Below, in pieces: positions 52,286 through 61,930 of a stretch of DNA of 64,000 nt. The notes under the pieces were generated by a model. That model was not told the origin of the DNA. It saw nothing but the letters and a program-made list of their open reading frames with translations, and searched no databases. The stretch's first letter is position 1, and every line of letters begins with the position of its first letter. Made by a program: the position numbers and the translations under genes. Source of the stretch: Myxococcales bacterium (GTDB taxonomy: Bacteria > Myxococcota_A > Polyangia > Polyangiales > DASUME01). The stretch is taken from assembly GCA_047601445.1 (NCBI GenBank), contig JASGJH010000001.1:8640001-8704000 (forward strand). The letters are read 5' to 3'.

Positions 52286-53818
52286 TCAGTAGAGCAGCGA
52301 CACGCTGACGGTGCCGCCGACGATGGTGCCCTTGGACGAGAAGCCCGGCCAACCAGGGTTGTTGGTCTGCAGGCCCTGCGCTTCCTGGATGATCTGTCCG
52401 GTGCTGATGTCCACCGTGTTGTCCGGCCACTCGTCCGCCACCAGTTGCGAGTACTTCTTGCCGGCGAAGCGGGGGCTCGTGGGGTCGAACTTGGATTGGT
52501 GCCGCTCCAGCAGGAAGTGAGCCTGGAAGGCGCCGCCCACGCGCACCACGACCTTGCGCGGCTCGAAGCGGAAGTCGTAGTTCGTGCCGACATTGAAGCC
52601 CACGCGGTCGTTGTCCACGTAGTTGGTGCGGCCCGTCTGCAAGGGCACGGGGCTCGGGCGGTAGTTGGTGTCGAAGAACGCGGTGAGCACTTCGTCGCGC
52701 GTGTAGCGCACGCCGAGGGCACCTGTGACGATGTCGCTGAACTCGTAGTTCTTCAGCGGCCGCTCGGTCTGCCGATTCAGATACTGCGACCAGCGCTCGA
52801 AGGTGAGGGTGCCGGTGGCTGCCAACAGGTTGCGCCCGTTCTGGAACAGATCGACAGCAGCACCTACGCCGAAGATCCAGGGCAACCAGGCGTGCGTCGC
52901 GGGGCGCTCCGCGCGCTGCAAGTCACCGTTGGGCAGGTAAGTGCTGAAGGCCGTATCGATCACCATCTTCTGCGGTGAGTGCAGGGTGAGGCTGATGTCG
53001 AGGGGCTCGATCGGCTCGAGCAGAACGGCCAGGTGAGGAGACACGCTGGCGGAGACGTCCACCTTCGTGGAGAGCTGCAGGGTCTCGTCGATCTTGGCGC
53101 TGTTGCCCACGTAGGCGGTCGCGTCGGCGGTGTTGCTCAAGCTCAGCGTGAAGCTCAGGCCGACGCTCATCCAATCGAGCACCTGACTGCCGGCGCCGAA
53201 GGCCAGCGACACGGGCGTGAGGCGGTCCCCGTAGAACTCCGGGTGCAAGCTGTTGGTGTAGAACTGCTCGCGCTCGTCGACGAAATAGGAGTGGGCCTGC
53301 GTGAAGGGACCGTAGGGCACCATCGCGTAGAGCCCGAGGCTCAGGTACTTGGGCCAGATGTGCGAGACGAGCCCGATGGTCTGGTAAAGCTTGATGTTGC
53401 CGCTCGAACCTTCGGACTGGCGCGGGTGGGGCGCCAGGTTGGTGGCGCAGCTGCCCGTCTCCGGACTGCAGCCGTGATTGAGCCAGTCGGTAGGCACGGA
53501 GGGATTGTCGGTGCCGAAGCGGTCGACGGCGGAGATGGGGACGTCGTTGGCGTGACTGCGACCATCGAGCGTGATGCTGATGGCGTCGTTGAGCAGGAAG
53601 AAGCCCACCTCGAGTCCGGCCTTGGCGCGCGGCAAGAAGGCCGGGTTGAAGTACGTCGACGCCGATGACGGGCCGTAGGAGCGTCCGTTGAAGCCGCCAG
53701 AGCCGAACGTGGACCCGACGAGCTCGAACAGCGGCGATGCCTCGACCCGTGATGGCGCCAGGCTCGTGGCGAGGGCAGCGACCAGCAGGACGATGCGAGG
53801 GAGGGTGCCGTGGGACAA
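52286..53818 (-). CDS. Outer-membrane beta-barrel, FadL/OmpP1-like
   Basis: Signal peptide, STYFNPA hatch motif, amphipathic strands, C-terminal aromatic residue. Confidence 0.7.
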   Translation of the reverse strand: MSHGTLPRIVLLVAALATSLAPSRVEASPLFELVGSTFGSGGFNGRSYGPSSASTYFNPAFLPRAKAGLEVGFFLLNDAISITLDGRSHANDVPISAVDRFGTDNPSVPTDWLNHGCSPETGSCATNLAPHPRQSEGSSGNIKLYQTIGLVSHIWPKYLSLGLYAMVPYGPFTQAHSYFVDEREQFYTNSLHPEFYGDRLTPVSLAFGAGSQVLDWMSVGLSFTLSLSNTADATAYVGNSAKIDETLQLSTKVDVSASVSPHLAVLLEPIEPLDISLTLHSPQKMVIDTAFSTYLPNGDLQRAERPATHAWLPWIFGVGAAVDLFQNGRNLLAATGTLTFERWSQYLNRQTERPLKNYEFSDIVTGALGVRYTRDEVLTAFFDTNYRPSPVPLQTGRTNYVDNDRVGFNVGTNYDFRFEPRKVVVRVGGAFQAHFLLERHQSKFDPTSPRFAGKKYSQLVADEWPDNTVDISTGQIIQEAQGLQTNNPGWPGFSSKGTIVGGTVSVSLLY

Positions 53819-53859
53819 GTGGCCTCAGAGAAGCGCGCTGGGGGGCGCGGCGAAGAGAG

Positions 53860-54876
53860 TCAGAGTTTGTCGGGCGCGGGCAGCGCTTTTTGGATGGCCA
53901 TGCAGGTGTCGAAGTCTTTGGCCTTGATGATGGCCTTGGCGCGCGAGTCCGTTGTGGTGCGACCCAGGAACTGCAAGGTCAAGGTGTGCTTGGCGGCGGC
54001 ATCGGCGGTGCTGAGTTGCGTGATCAGTCCCACGGTGGGCGTGATCACGTTTTCTTCGTTGTTGAAGCGCGCGCGCACGACGAGATCGCTCTTCCAATCG
54101 GCGCTCGGCGTGATGGCGTGCGTGTCGTCGCTGAACCACTCCGTCCAGTCGCGTTGCACGGTGTTGCGTGTGCCGCTCACGATGCCGGTGACCTGCCAGG
54201 CGGTGCCAAGGTCGCCGTCGTTGTCCCAATCCTCGGCGCCGTCGGTGTGGTCCTTGTCGGGCAGCGGATTGCTGGCAGCGATCGCGGCGATGTCCATGCT
54301 CGCCGCAGCGCCCGTGGGGCGATACTTGCTCTCGTTCGCGCCGCGCACGCTCCAGAAGCGCTCCATGGTGAACACGCAGGCGCCGTTCTGCTTCTTCATC
54401 GTGCCTTTGCGTCCGGTCTGGACGTTGTGCTTCATGAGCGCTTCGACGGTGGCGGGAGTCAGCTTGACGTTGACGGTGCCCTTGACCTCGACGCCGCAGT
54501 CGTAGTGCTTCTTGACCACCACGTTCTCACCGTCCTGGGCGAGCTCGAGGTAGTACCAGTTGCTGGCGAACTGACCGGCGCTGAGCGCCTCGCTGCGCGT
54601 GACCTGTCGGCCTGCCCATACGCCATTGAGATCGCAGTCGGTGTCCTTGGCCATCGTGCTCGGGGCGTCACCGTCCCCCACCACGGCGGCACCACCGTCT
54701 CCGTCACCGTCTCCATCACCGTCACCGTCACCATCACCGTCGCCATCACCGTCGCCATCGCCGTCCCCGCCCGCGTCGGTCTCCTCGTCGGGATCGAGCA
54801 CCTTGTCGTCGGAGCCGCAGGCTTCAAGGGCAGTGAGCGCCAAGAGACCGCTCAAAAGGGGATAAACGATGCGCAT
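53860..54876 (-). CDS. Lipoprotein with (GD)n stalk and beta-rich domain
   Basis: Lipobox LEA-C; GD run 54697-54768; co-oriented with the barrel gene. Confidence 0.78.
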   Translation of the reverse strand: MRIVYPLLSGLLALTALEACGSDDKVLDPDEETDAGGDGDGDGDGDGDGDGDGDGDGDGDGGAAVVGDGDAPSTMAKDTDCDLNGVWAGRQVTRSEALSAGQFASNWYYLELAQDGENVVVKKHYDCGVEVKGTVNVKLTPATVEALMKHNVQTGRKGTMKKQNGACVFTMERFWSVRGANESKYRPTGAAASMDIAAIAASNPLPDKDHTDGAEDWDNDGDLGTAWQVTGIVSGTRNTVQRDWTEWFSDDTHAITPSADWKSDLVVRARFNNEENVITPTVGLITQLSTADAAAKHTLTLQFLGRTTTDSRAKAIIKAKDFDTCMAIQKALPAPDKL

Positions 54877-55085
54877 GGACAACAACACCTTTCGACGCTT
54901 GCGCGCAGAAGCTAGGGGGCAAGAACCTGGTTCGTCCAGTGTTCAAACGTCCGGTGAGCCCCGCGATATGTCACAGTGATGAGAACTTCATCATCACGAT
55001 GTTGGTGATGTGCAGTTCACTAGTGAGCGGCCAGTACACTTTGGGCTCGTAGTAGGAAACGTTTTGCCCTAAATCCTGGTCCATC

Positions 55086-55784
55086 GTGCAGCCGCCGCGC
55101 CTTCGTACACAGCGTGCCACGCTCGCTGCCTGCCTGCTCGCCCTGGCGGGATGCCGTATCGGTGGGGCGAACGCGATTGCGCCCGAGGAGAGCGAAGCGG
55201 ACGACGACGACGCGATCTCCATGTCGGAGTCCCCCGCGCTCGGTGCCTCGCGGGATGCATCGGACGATCAAGCGATGAGCGACGACGCCTCCACACCGCC
55301 CGACGACGAGGACGGTGGCGTGGATGCGGGCTCCGACGCTTGTGCGAGCGACAGCGGGTTTTGTGGCGAGCTGCCAGCGGGCTGTGTCAGCGCTCGCTTC
55401 GAGCAGCATGCCTACGTGTTTTGCCCCTCGGTGGAGACCTGGGGCGCGGCTCGCGCGAGCTGTCTGGATCTCGGCCTCGACCTCGCGATCATCGAGAGCG
55501 CTGCCGAGAACGAGTTCGTGGCCCAGCACATCCAGGCCACCAGCTGGATCGGTGCCCACGATCAAACTACCGAGGGCAGTTTCGAATGGGTCACTGCGGG
55601 TGCTGGCCAGGACGGTGCGGCCGTGACCTTTACGAGCTGGGCCCCTGCGGTACCCGATAACTGCGGCGGACTGTTCGGCCAGCAGGACTGTGTGCGCATT
55701 TCGAGCGACGGTCGCTGGGACGACTCGGACTGCAACGGGGGCTGCCTCGAGGGCACCTTCGCTTTCGCCTGCGAATCCTTCTAA
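55086..55784 (+). CDS. C-type lectin domain lipoprotein
   Basis: Lipobox LAG-C; TWGAARASC..LAIIESAAENEF..WIG..EGSFEW..W..PDN..DC..WDDSDC..FACE. Confidence 0.85.
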   Translation: MQPPRLRTQRATLAACLLALAGCRIGGANAIAPEESEADDDDAISMSESPALGASRDASDDQAMSDDASTPPDDEDGGVDAGSDACASDSGFCGELPAGCVSARFEQHAYVFCPSVETWGAARASCLDLGLDLAIIESAAENEFVAQHIQATSWIGAHDQTTEGSFEWVTAGAGQDGAAVTFTSWAPAVPDNCGGLFGQQDCVRISSDGRWDDSDCNGGCLEGTFAFACESF

Positions 55785-55820
55785 GGGGGTTCTGCGCGGG
55801 GAGGTCACGCGACCCAGGCG

Positions 55821-55876
55821 TTGACGCGCGGGCGCGCGCGCGGTAGTTTTTTGAAACGCCATTCCGAATAATGGAA
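55821..55876 (+). promoter_or_regulatory. sigma70 promoter and IclR-type operator
   Basis: TTGACG-N17-TAGTTT; dyad TTCC-N7-GGAA (55862-55876) overlapping the start codon. Confidence 0.6.
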
Positions 55877-56650
55877 CGATCAGGAACCGTCGACAAAGCC
55901 GTGCGTGTGCTCGAGGCGCTGTATCGCGCCGCGGGTCCGATCGCGCTCGCCGAGCTCTCGGGAAGGGTCCGGATGCCCAAGCCCACACTGCACCGGCTGC
56001 TGGCCTCGCTGCTGGCCCACGACCTGGTGGAGCAGGATTCGGAGGGCCGCTACGCCCTGGGCGTCGGCTTGGTACGGCTCGGTCTGGGAGCCCTGTCGGT
56101 GGACCCCTTCGTACGCGTGGCACGGCCGGAGCTCGAGCGCGCGGCGCGCAGCTTCGGGGAGACCTTCTTCCTGGTCGGCGCTCGCGCAGGCAAGCTGGTG
56201 GTGCTCGATAAGGTCGAGGGCACCGGGTTGTTGCGGGCCGCGCCGAGCGTGGGCACCGAAGTACCGGTGGAGGTGACCGCCAGCGGCCGACTCTATCTGG
56301 GCCTGCAACCCGAGTCGCTGCGTGAGGGCGCTCAGCGTGCGCCGAAGGCCTCGAAGCGTGCGCTGGACGCGACCCTGAAGGCGGCTGTGGCACGCGGCTA
56401 CGACCTCAATCGGGGCGAGTGGATCGCTGGCCTGTCGGTGGTCGCGGCGCCGGTGTTGGCGGGCGGTCGTCTGCACGGGACCATCGCCTGCGCCGCCGTG
56501 GATGCCCAGCTCGACGACGCGCGCCTGAGCGAGGCCGTGCGGCGCACGTGCGCGGTGGCAGAGCGTGTCTCTCGCGCGCTCGACGGCCGTAAGGCCGACT
56601 CTTTCGAAGCGCGTCAGGTGGCGCGCGAGCTCAACGAGGAAGCGTCATGA
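55871..56650 (+). CDS. IclR-family transcriptional regulator
   Basis: TVDKAVRVLEAL..KPTLHRLL; TASGR; GY..GEW..GL..VAAPV. Confidence 0.9.
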   Translation: MERSGTVDKAVRVLEALYRAAGPIALAELSGRVRMPKPTLHRLLASLLAHDLVEQDSEGRYALGVGLVRLGLGALSVDPFVRVARPELERAARSFGETFFLVGARAGKLVVLDKVEGTGLLRAAPSVGTEVPVEVTASGRLYLGLQPESLREGAQRAPKASKRALDATLKAAVARGYDLNRGEWIAGLSVVAAPVLAGGRLHGTIACAAVDAQLDDARLSEAVRRTCAVAERVSRALDGRKADSFEARQVARELNEEAS

Positions 56651-57516
56651 AGGTTTGGATCGACGGCAAGATTGTCAGTGAGGGCGAGGCCCGGGTGCCC
56701 GTGACCGATCACGGCCTCTTGTACGGTGACGGCGTGTTCGAGGGCATGCGCGTGATTGCGGGCAGCGTCTTCCGGATCGAGAAGCACCTGAAGCGGCTCT
56801 CGGTGGGCGCGCGCGTGTTGGCTCTGGAGCTTCCTTACGGACTCGACGAAGTGCGGGGCATCGTCGAGAGCACGGTGCGGGCCTTCGGGGAGCGCGAGGC
56901 CTATGTGCGCTTGCTGGTTACGCGCGGCGTGGGGCCGCTCGGCGTCGATCCCACCACTTGTCCGCGCGCGAACCTCGTGTGCATCGTCAACACCATCAAG
57001 CTGTTCACCGAAGAGCAGCGCGAGAAGGGGCTCAACATGATCACCTCGAGCTACCGGCGCCCCACCGCCGACGTGCTCGACGTGCGCGTCAAGAGCCTCA
57101 ACTACCTCGGCTCCGTGCTGTCCAAGCTCGAGGCCCGTCAGCAGGGCGCGGACGAGGCGCTCTTGCTCAACCCGCGCGGCCACATCGCAGAGGCCGCGGT
57201 GGCCAACCTGTTCGCAGTGCGCGGTCGCACGCTGCTCACGCCGCCGCCGACCGACGGCTGTCTCGAGGGCATCAATCGCGAAGCCGTGATGGAGCTCGCG
57301 GCGGCGGACGGCTTCACGGTGCTGGAGCGCTCCATCGGGCGCGCCGACCTTTTCGCGGCCGATGAGGTGTTCCTCACGGGGTCGGGGGCCGGCGTGGTCG
57401 CCGTGCGCAGCCTCGACGGCAGAATCATCGGCGCCGGCAAGCGTGGACCGGTGACGGCTCAGCTGGCGTCGGCCCATCGGGCGCTCGCCGAGCGCGAGGG
57501 TACGCCGCTGTTTTGA
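56647..57516 (+). CDS. ilvE: Branched-chain amino acid aminotransferase (class IV)
   Basis: LLYGDGVFEG, VKSLNY, LEGINR, DEVFLTG; ATGA overlap with the IclR gene. Confidence 0.85.
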   Translation: MKVWIDGKIVSEGEARVPVTDHGLLYGDGVFEGMRVIAGSVFRIEKHLKRLSVGARVLALELPYGLDEVRGIVESTVRAFGEREAYVRLLVTRGVGPLGVDPTTCPRANLVCIVNTIKLFTEEQREKGLNMITSSYRRPTADVLDVRVKSLNYLGSVLSKLEARQQGADEALLLNPRGHIAEAAVANLFAVRGRTLLTPPPTDGCLEGINREAVMELAAADGFTVLERSIGRADLFAADEVFLTGSGAGVVAVRSLDGRIIGAGKRGPVTAQLASAHRALAEREGTPLF

Positions 57517-57529
57517 GCGCGGATCCCGC

Positions 57530-57721
57530 TCAGTGCAGGCGGGGAGGGGGCTCCTCGCCGTCTTCGGTGCCAGCCGGCTCCGCTTCGAGGCTGTAGCGTC
57601 CCTCGAGCCAATTGGAGAGGTCGGCGAGCTTGCAGCGGCCAGAGCAGAACGGGAAAGAGGCGTTCTCCGGGTGATGTTTGCGTGGGCCCTTGCAGGTTGG
57701 GCACCGATCGACGGCGGACAT
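57530..57721 (-). CDS. yacG: DNA gyrase inhibitor
   Basis: CPTC..FPFCSGRCKLADLSNWLEGRY. Confidence 0.88.
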   Translation of the reverse strand: MSAVDRCPTCKGPRKHHPENASFPFCSGRCKLADLSNWLEGRYSLEAEPAGTEDGEEPPPRLH

Positions 57722-57748
57722 GCGGCTAGGATAGCGCCGAGGAGCGCC

Positions 57749-59107
57749 TTGGAGGACTCGAAGCACGCAAAAGGAGCATGGCCTGGACGTGCGCAGGCGC
57801 GCCGCGCGTGGCTGCCCGTGGCCTGCTGGCTCGGCTGTTTGCTCGAGACTGCGTGTTCACATCGCTCGGGGACGACGCCGCGACCGCAGGTGGCCAGCGA
57901 AGTGCCCGTGCCCGAGAGCATCGTGGCCTGTGGCACCAAGGTCCCGCTCAAGCTCGGGACGCCGCTGTTGTCGAGCACCTTGGTCGGAGATGACCTGGTG
58001 CGCGGCAGCTGCGTCCGCGGCACCGCGCCCGAGTGTGTGTTCATCCTCGACGTACCGACGCGCTCGGACGTGCGTGTGTCCCTCGAGAGCGCCGACTTCG
58101 ACGGCGCCCTGGTGCTGGCCGACCCGGAGCGCACCACCGAATTCCTGTGCGTGGACGACAGCCCTACCGGGGACACGCATCACACGCGCTTCGAGACCAC
58201 GTTGGGAGCCGGTCAGTACGCGGTGATGGTCGAGGGGGCCAACGGCGAAGCGGGGCAATTCGCGCTGTTCGCCGAGGTGGACCCGCTGCCTGCTCCTGCC
58301 CAAGCCTGTGCCCAAGCCGGCCTGCTCACGCCCGCGGCCAGCGTGCGCGGCTCCACGCGGGGCGCGCCCAATCAGTTCGGCGCCAGCTGCGGCGGCGGGG
58401 CAGAGGGGCCCGACCGTGTGCACAGCTTCGAGCTCGCCGAGCCCGCGCGCGTGCGCATCTGGCAGCAGAGCGAGTACGAGAGCACCCTCTACCTGCGCTC
58501 GCGTTGTGAAGACCCGAGCACCGAGATCGTCTGTCGAACCTACCCGGGCGGTGCCGGCCCCTCGATCCTCACCGCCGAGCTCGCCGCGGGCCGCTACTAC
58601 CTGTTCACCGATTCATTCGGACGTTCCCAGAGCGGCGACTACGTGCTCTCGATGGAGCAGGCTGCCTTGCCGAAGGAACCCTCGGTCCTCGCGTCGTGCG
58701 CGGCGGCCCAGGGGCTCGTGCTCACACCAGGCGAGATCGAAATCGACACGCTGCACGCGCCCTCGGTGCTGGAGGGGAGCTGCGGTGGCAGCAAGGCGCC
58801 CGAGCGATTGTTCCATTTGAGCCTCAAGGAAGAGACCACGATCCAGGTGGAGCTGCTCGACGCCGAGTTCGACGCGGTGATCTACCTGCGCGTGGAGTGT
58901 GGCGACGAGCGCTCGGAGATCAGCTGCGTGCGGGCGCCTCGCGCCGATCTGTCAGCGGAGGCCGAGGTCACCCCACAGCCGTTCACGGCCACCATCGGAC
59001 CCGGCGAGTACACGCTCGGTGTCGATGGCCAGTTCGAAAATCAAATGGGCGCCGTCCGCGTACGCCTCAGCTCGCTCCCGATGAGCCTCGCGCGCACCCA
59101 GCGCTGA
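57749..59107 (+). CDS. Secreted lipoprotein with three repeated PPC-like beta-sandwich modules
   Basis: GAGGAG plus TTG start; three G(S/A)SC..(A/G)P(E/D)..GxY repeats. Confidence 0.68.
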   Translation: MEDSKHAKGAWPGRAQARRAWLPVACWLGCLLETACSHRSGTTPRPQVASEVPVPESIVACGTKVPLKLGTPLLSSTLVGDDLVRGSCVRGTAPECVFILDVPTRSDVRVSLESADFDGALVLADPERTTEFLCVDDSPTGDTHHTRFETTLGAGQYAVMVEGANGEAGQFALFAEVDPLPAPAQACAQAGLLTPAASVRGSTRGAPNQFGASCGGGAEGPDRVHSFELAEPARVRIWQQSEYESTLYLRSRCEDPSTEIVCRTYPGGAGPSILTAELAAGRYYLFTDSFGRSQSGDYVLSMEQAALPKEPSVLASCAAAQGLVLTPGEIEIDTLHAPSVLEGSCGGSKAPERLFHLSLKEETTIQVELLDAEFDAVIYLRVECGDERSEISCVRAPRADLSAEAEVTPQPFTATIGPGEYTLGVDGQFENQMGAVRVRLSSLPMSLARTQR

Positions 59108-59113
59108 GCGCGC

Positions 59114-60097
59114 TCAAAGCGCCTCGATGGCCGCGCGCGCTTCCTTGCGAATCCGCTCGATCTCGTCGGGCCCCATGTCGTCATCTTCGTCGCGCGCGGC
59201 CTCCTCGGCGGCGTGCAGCAAGCGCTGGGCGGCGGACAGGGCCCGACCGGTCCGGGGGCCGGCCTGGTGCTCGCGCGCGGGCTTGGGGTCGCCGAAGAGG
59301 TTCGCGCTCTCCAGCTGCGCCAGGTCCTTCAGGGCACTCTCCACCAGCTGCTCGCTGTCGTGGTCGATGTGGGACTTCTTCGGCGGCCAGGGACCGTAGT
59401 CGGGCGCCTCGCCGGGGCCGCTGCGATCGACCCAGTAGCCCTTGTCGTCGCGCACGTCCATGTGCACGAAGAAGCTATTCGGGTAGTAGCCGACCCCGGT
59501 TTCGGGGAACGTGCGCAAGAAGTCTCGCAACACCTCGCGCGAGACGCCCCCCACGCGCATGTCCAGGGCGCGCCCGTGGTGGTGTCGGCTGGTGTCGCGC
59601 GCGTCGGGGCGGTGGCCCGAGATGATCTCGATGGCCTTGCCTGGAAATCGGCTCGCCACCCGCTGCAGGCGCGAAATCAAGCCCGGGTGTAGCCGCATCA
59701 CTTGCTTGCTCACGTAGGCCGCGTCGCGTCGCTTGGACTTGGGCCCCTTGTCCACGGGCAGGCGCTGGTAGGCGCGAATCTCCGCCAGCTCGGGGCGCTC
59801 CACGTCGCGCGGACGCGCCAGGACGCTCACGGAATCCAGTGCCGCCGGGTTCGGTGCGCCATCGCAGAAGGTCAGCGTCAGCGCCCGGTCCTCGAGCTCG
59901 GTTCCGCGCCGGCGTTGCACGTGCACCTCGGGCGCGTAGCAGGGGGCCTTCTCCTTCTCCTTGGCCGTGCGCCCTTTCTTGCCCTGCTTGCTGGAGGTTC
60001 CGGTCGAGCCGGTGGTGCCCGTCGTGCTCGGCTTGGCGAGCGCGCTGGCGGGGCCCACGAGGAGCAAGCAAAGCGCGAGGATGCCTGATGTGCGCAT
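59114..60097 (-). CDS. YcbK/DUF882-like peptidase M15 family protein
   Basis: Signal peptide; IISGHR, SRHHHGRALD, GVGYYP..FVHMDVR. Confidence 0.82.
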   Translation of the reverse strand: MRTSGILALCLLLVGPASALAKPSTTGTTGSTGTSSKQGKKGRTAKEKEKAPCYAPEVHVQRRRGTELEDRALTLTFCDGAPNPAALDSVSVLARPRDVERPELAEIRAYQRLPVDKGPKSKRRDAAYVSKQVMRLHPGLISRLQRVASRFPGKAIEIISGHRPDARDTSRHHHGRALDMRVGGVSREVLRDFLRTFPETGVGYYPNSFFVHMDVRDDKGYWVDRSGPGEAPDYGPWPPKKSHIDHDSEQLVESALKDLAQLESANLFGDPKPAREHQAGPRTGRALSAAQRLLHAAEEAARDEDDDMGPDEIERIRKEARAAIEAL

Positions 60098-60165
60098 AGG
60101 CCTACATGCCTACGAAACTTGTCCCCGGGACGGCAAGAAAGCGGCAGGCCTCCCGCCGGTCGCCC

Positions 60166-61647
60166 TCACTTCGCGGCCTCCAGGGCCTCGACCAAGGTGC
60201 GCAGCACCTTCACGCGGGCGAAGTACTTGTCGTTGGCCTCGATCAGGGTCCAGGGGGCGAGCTCGGTACTGGTGCGCTCGACCATGTCACTGGCCGCGTC
60301 GCGGTAGGCGTCCCACTTGGCACGATTGCGGTAGTCGTCGGGGGTGATCTTGTAGCGCTTGAAGTCCTCTTGCTCGCGGGCCTGGAAGCGCGCGAGCTGC
60401 TCGTCCTTGCTGATGGAGAGCCAGAACTTCACCACCACCGTGCCGTGCTCCACGAGCTCGGTCTCGAAGTCGTTGATCTCCGCATACGCACGCAGCCAGT
60501 CCGGCTCCGCGGCCAGTGCCTCCACGCGCTCCACCAGCACGCGGCCGTACCATGAGCGGTCGAACAAGGTGATCTGCCCGTAGCCTGGGATCTGTCGCAC
60601 GAAGCGCCACAAATAGGGCTGAGCGCGCTCTTCTTCGGTCGGAGCCGCGGTCTGCATCACCTTGTATTGGCGCGCGTCGAGCGCCTGCGTGACGCGGCGA
60701 ATGCTGCCCCCCTTGCCGGCGGCGTCGTTGCCCTCGAAGACCGCCACCAGGGCCCGCTTTTTGAAAAACTTGGGCGCGCGCACCAGCTTGTTGAGGCGCG
60801 CCTGCAGCTGGGCCAATTCGACCTCGTATTCCGGCTTCGGCAGGTGCTGGCTGAGGTCGAGCTTGTCGATGATGCGCAGGTGGTCGATCGGCTCGAACAG
60901 CGGCGGCGACTCGTGGTGCGGCTCAGGCGGCGGCTTGGGCGCGAGACCCTTTTCGAAGGCGGCGAGCAACGCCTTGCCCGTGGCCAGGTTGCGGTAGCGT
61001 TCGTCCTCGCCCTCCACGATGATCCAGGGCGCCTCCGCGGTACTGGTCTGACGCAGCATCTGCTCGGCGCAGCGGCGCAACCCGTCGTAGCGGGCGAAGT
61101 GGTCCCAATCTTCGTTGGTGACTCGCCAGCGCGTATTCGGATCCCGCTCGAGCTTCTGAAGGCGCTTCTTTTGTGCCTTCTTCGACAGGTGGAACCAGAA
61201 CTTGAGCAGCACGGCGCCTTCGCGCACCAACATGCGCTCGAAGCGTGTGATGGCCTCGAGCGCGTTATCGAAGGGCTCGGGACCGCTCAGGTCGTACACG
61301 CGATTGAACAGCGGGGTGCTGTACCAGCTGTTGAAGATCAGCGCGGCGGACCCCTTGGGCGGCAGCACGCGCCAGTAGCGCCACAGAAAGGGTCGGGCGC
61401 GCTCCTCGTCGGTGGGCTTGCCGAAGGCATGGGTGGCCATCAGGCGCGTGTCGAGCCACTGGTGCAGCACGTTGACGGTCTCGCCCTTGCCGGCGCCGTC
61501 GAGGCCCGAGACCAACACGATGAGGGGAACCTCGGCGCGCTCCTTCAGCTCGGCTTGGCGATCCAGGAGCGCTGCTCTCAGCTCGGGCAGCGCGTCCTTG
61601 TACGTGACCTTGTCGATGGCGTGACCGATTTCTGCGGACTCCAGCAC
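60166..61647 (-). CDS. pap: Two-domain PPK2, polyphosphate:AMP phosphotransferase
   Basis: Duplicated GxDxAGKG, SWY and KFW motifs. Confidence 0.88.
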   Translation of the reverse strand: MLESAEIGHAIDKVTYKDALPELRAALLDRQAELKERAEVPLIVLVSGLDGAGKGETVNVLHQWLDTRLMATHAFGKPTDEERARPFLWRYWRVLPPKGSAALIFNSWYSTPLFNRVYDLSGPEPFDNALEAITRFERMLVREGAVLLKFWFHLSKKAQKKRLQKLERDPNTRWRVTNEDWDHFARYDGLRRCAEQMLRQTSTAEAPWIIVEGEDERYRNLATGKALLAAFEKGLAPKPPPEPHHESPPLFEPIDHLRIIDKLDLSQHLPKPEYEVELAQLQARLNKLVRAPKFFKKRALVAVFEGNDAAGKGGSIRRVTQALDARQYKVMQTAAPTEEERAQPYLWRFVRQIPGYGQITLFDRSWYGRVLVERVEALAAEPDWLRAYAEINDFETELVEHGTVVVKFWLSISKDEQLARFQAREQEDFKRYKITPDDYRNRAKWDAYRDAASDMVERTSTELAPWTLIEANDKYFARVKVLRTLVEALEAAK

Positions 61648-61804
61648 TTCTCGTAAGTCGCCCCGGCGACGAGTCACGAAAGGCTCGCCAGCTCTGGACT
61701 GAACGTGGACACAGTGGGTGAGCGCGGGCCACCCGAGACGTGGAAAACCAGGATGCGTTGCCGGACTGCCCGGTCATGCTACTCATTCGCGCCCCGCTGG
61801 GGGC

Positions 61805-61920
61805 CGGTCGCTCAGGAGAGCGGCCGAAATCACAACCGTTGCTCGGCTCAAGCGCGCATGCCTGGTTCCCTCTTCACCGAGGGTGGCGGCGCGGAGCAGC
61901 GGGGGTTCAAACCACAAGGA
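61805..61920 (+). promoter_or_regulatory. Structured rpsB 5' leader
   Basis: Hairpin 61805-61826 and long stem CCGTTGCTC/GAGCAGCGG upstream of the RBS. Confidence 0.5.
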
Positions 61921-61930
61921 GAGCGAAATC

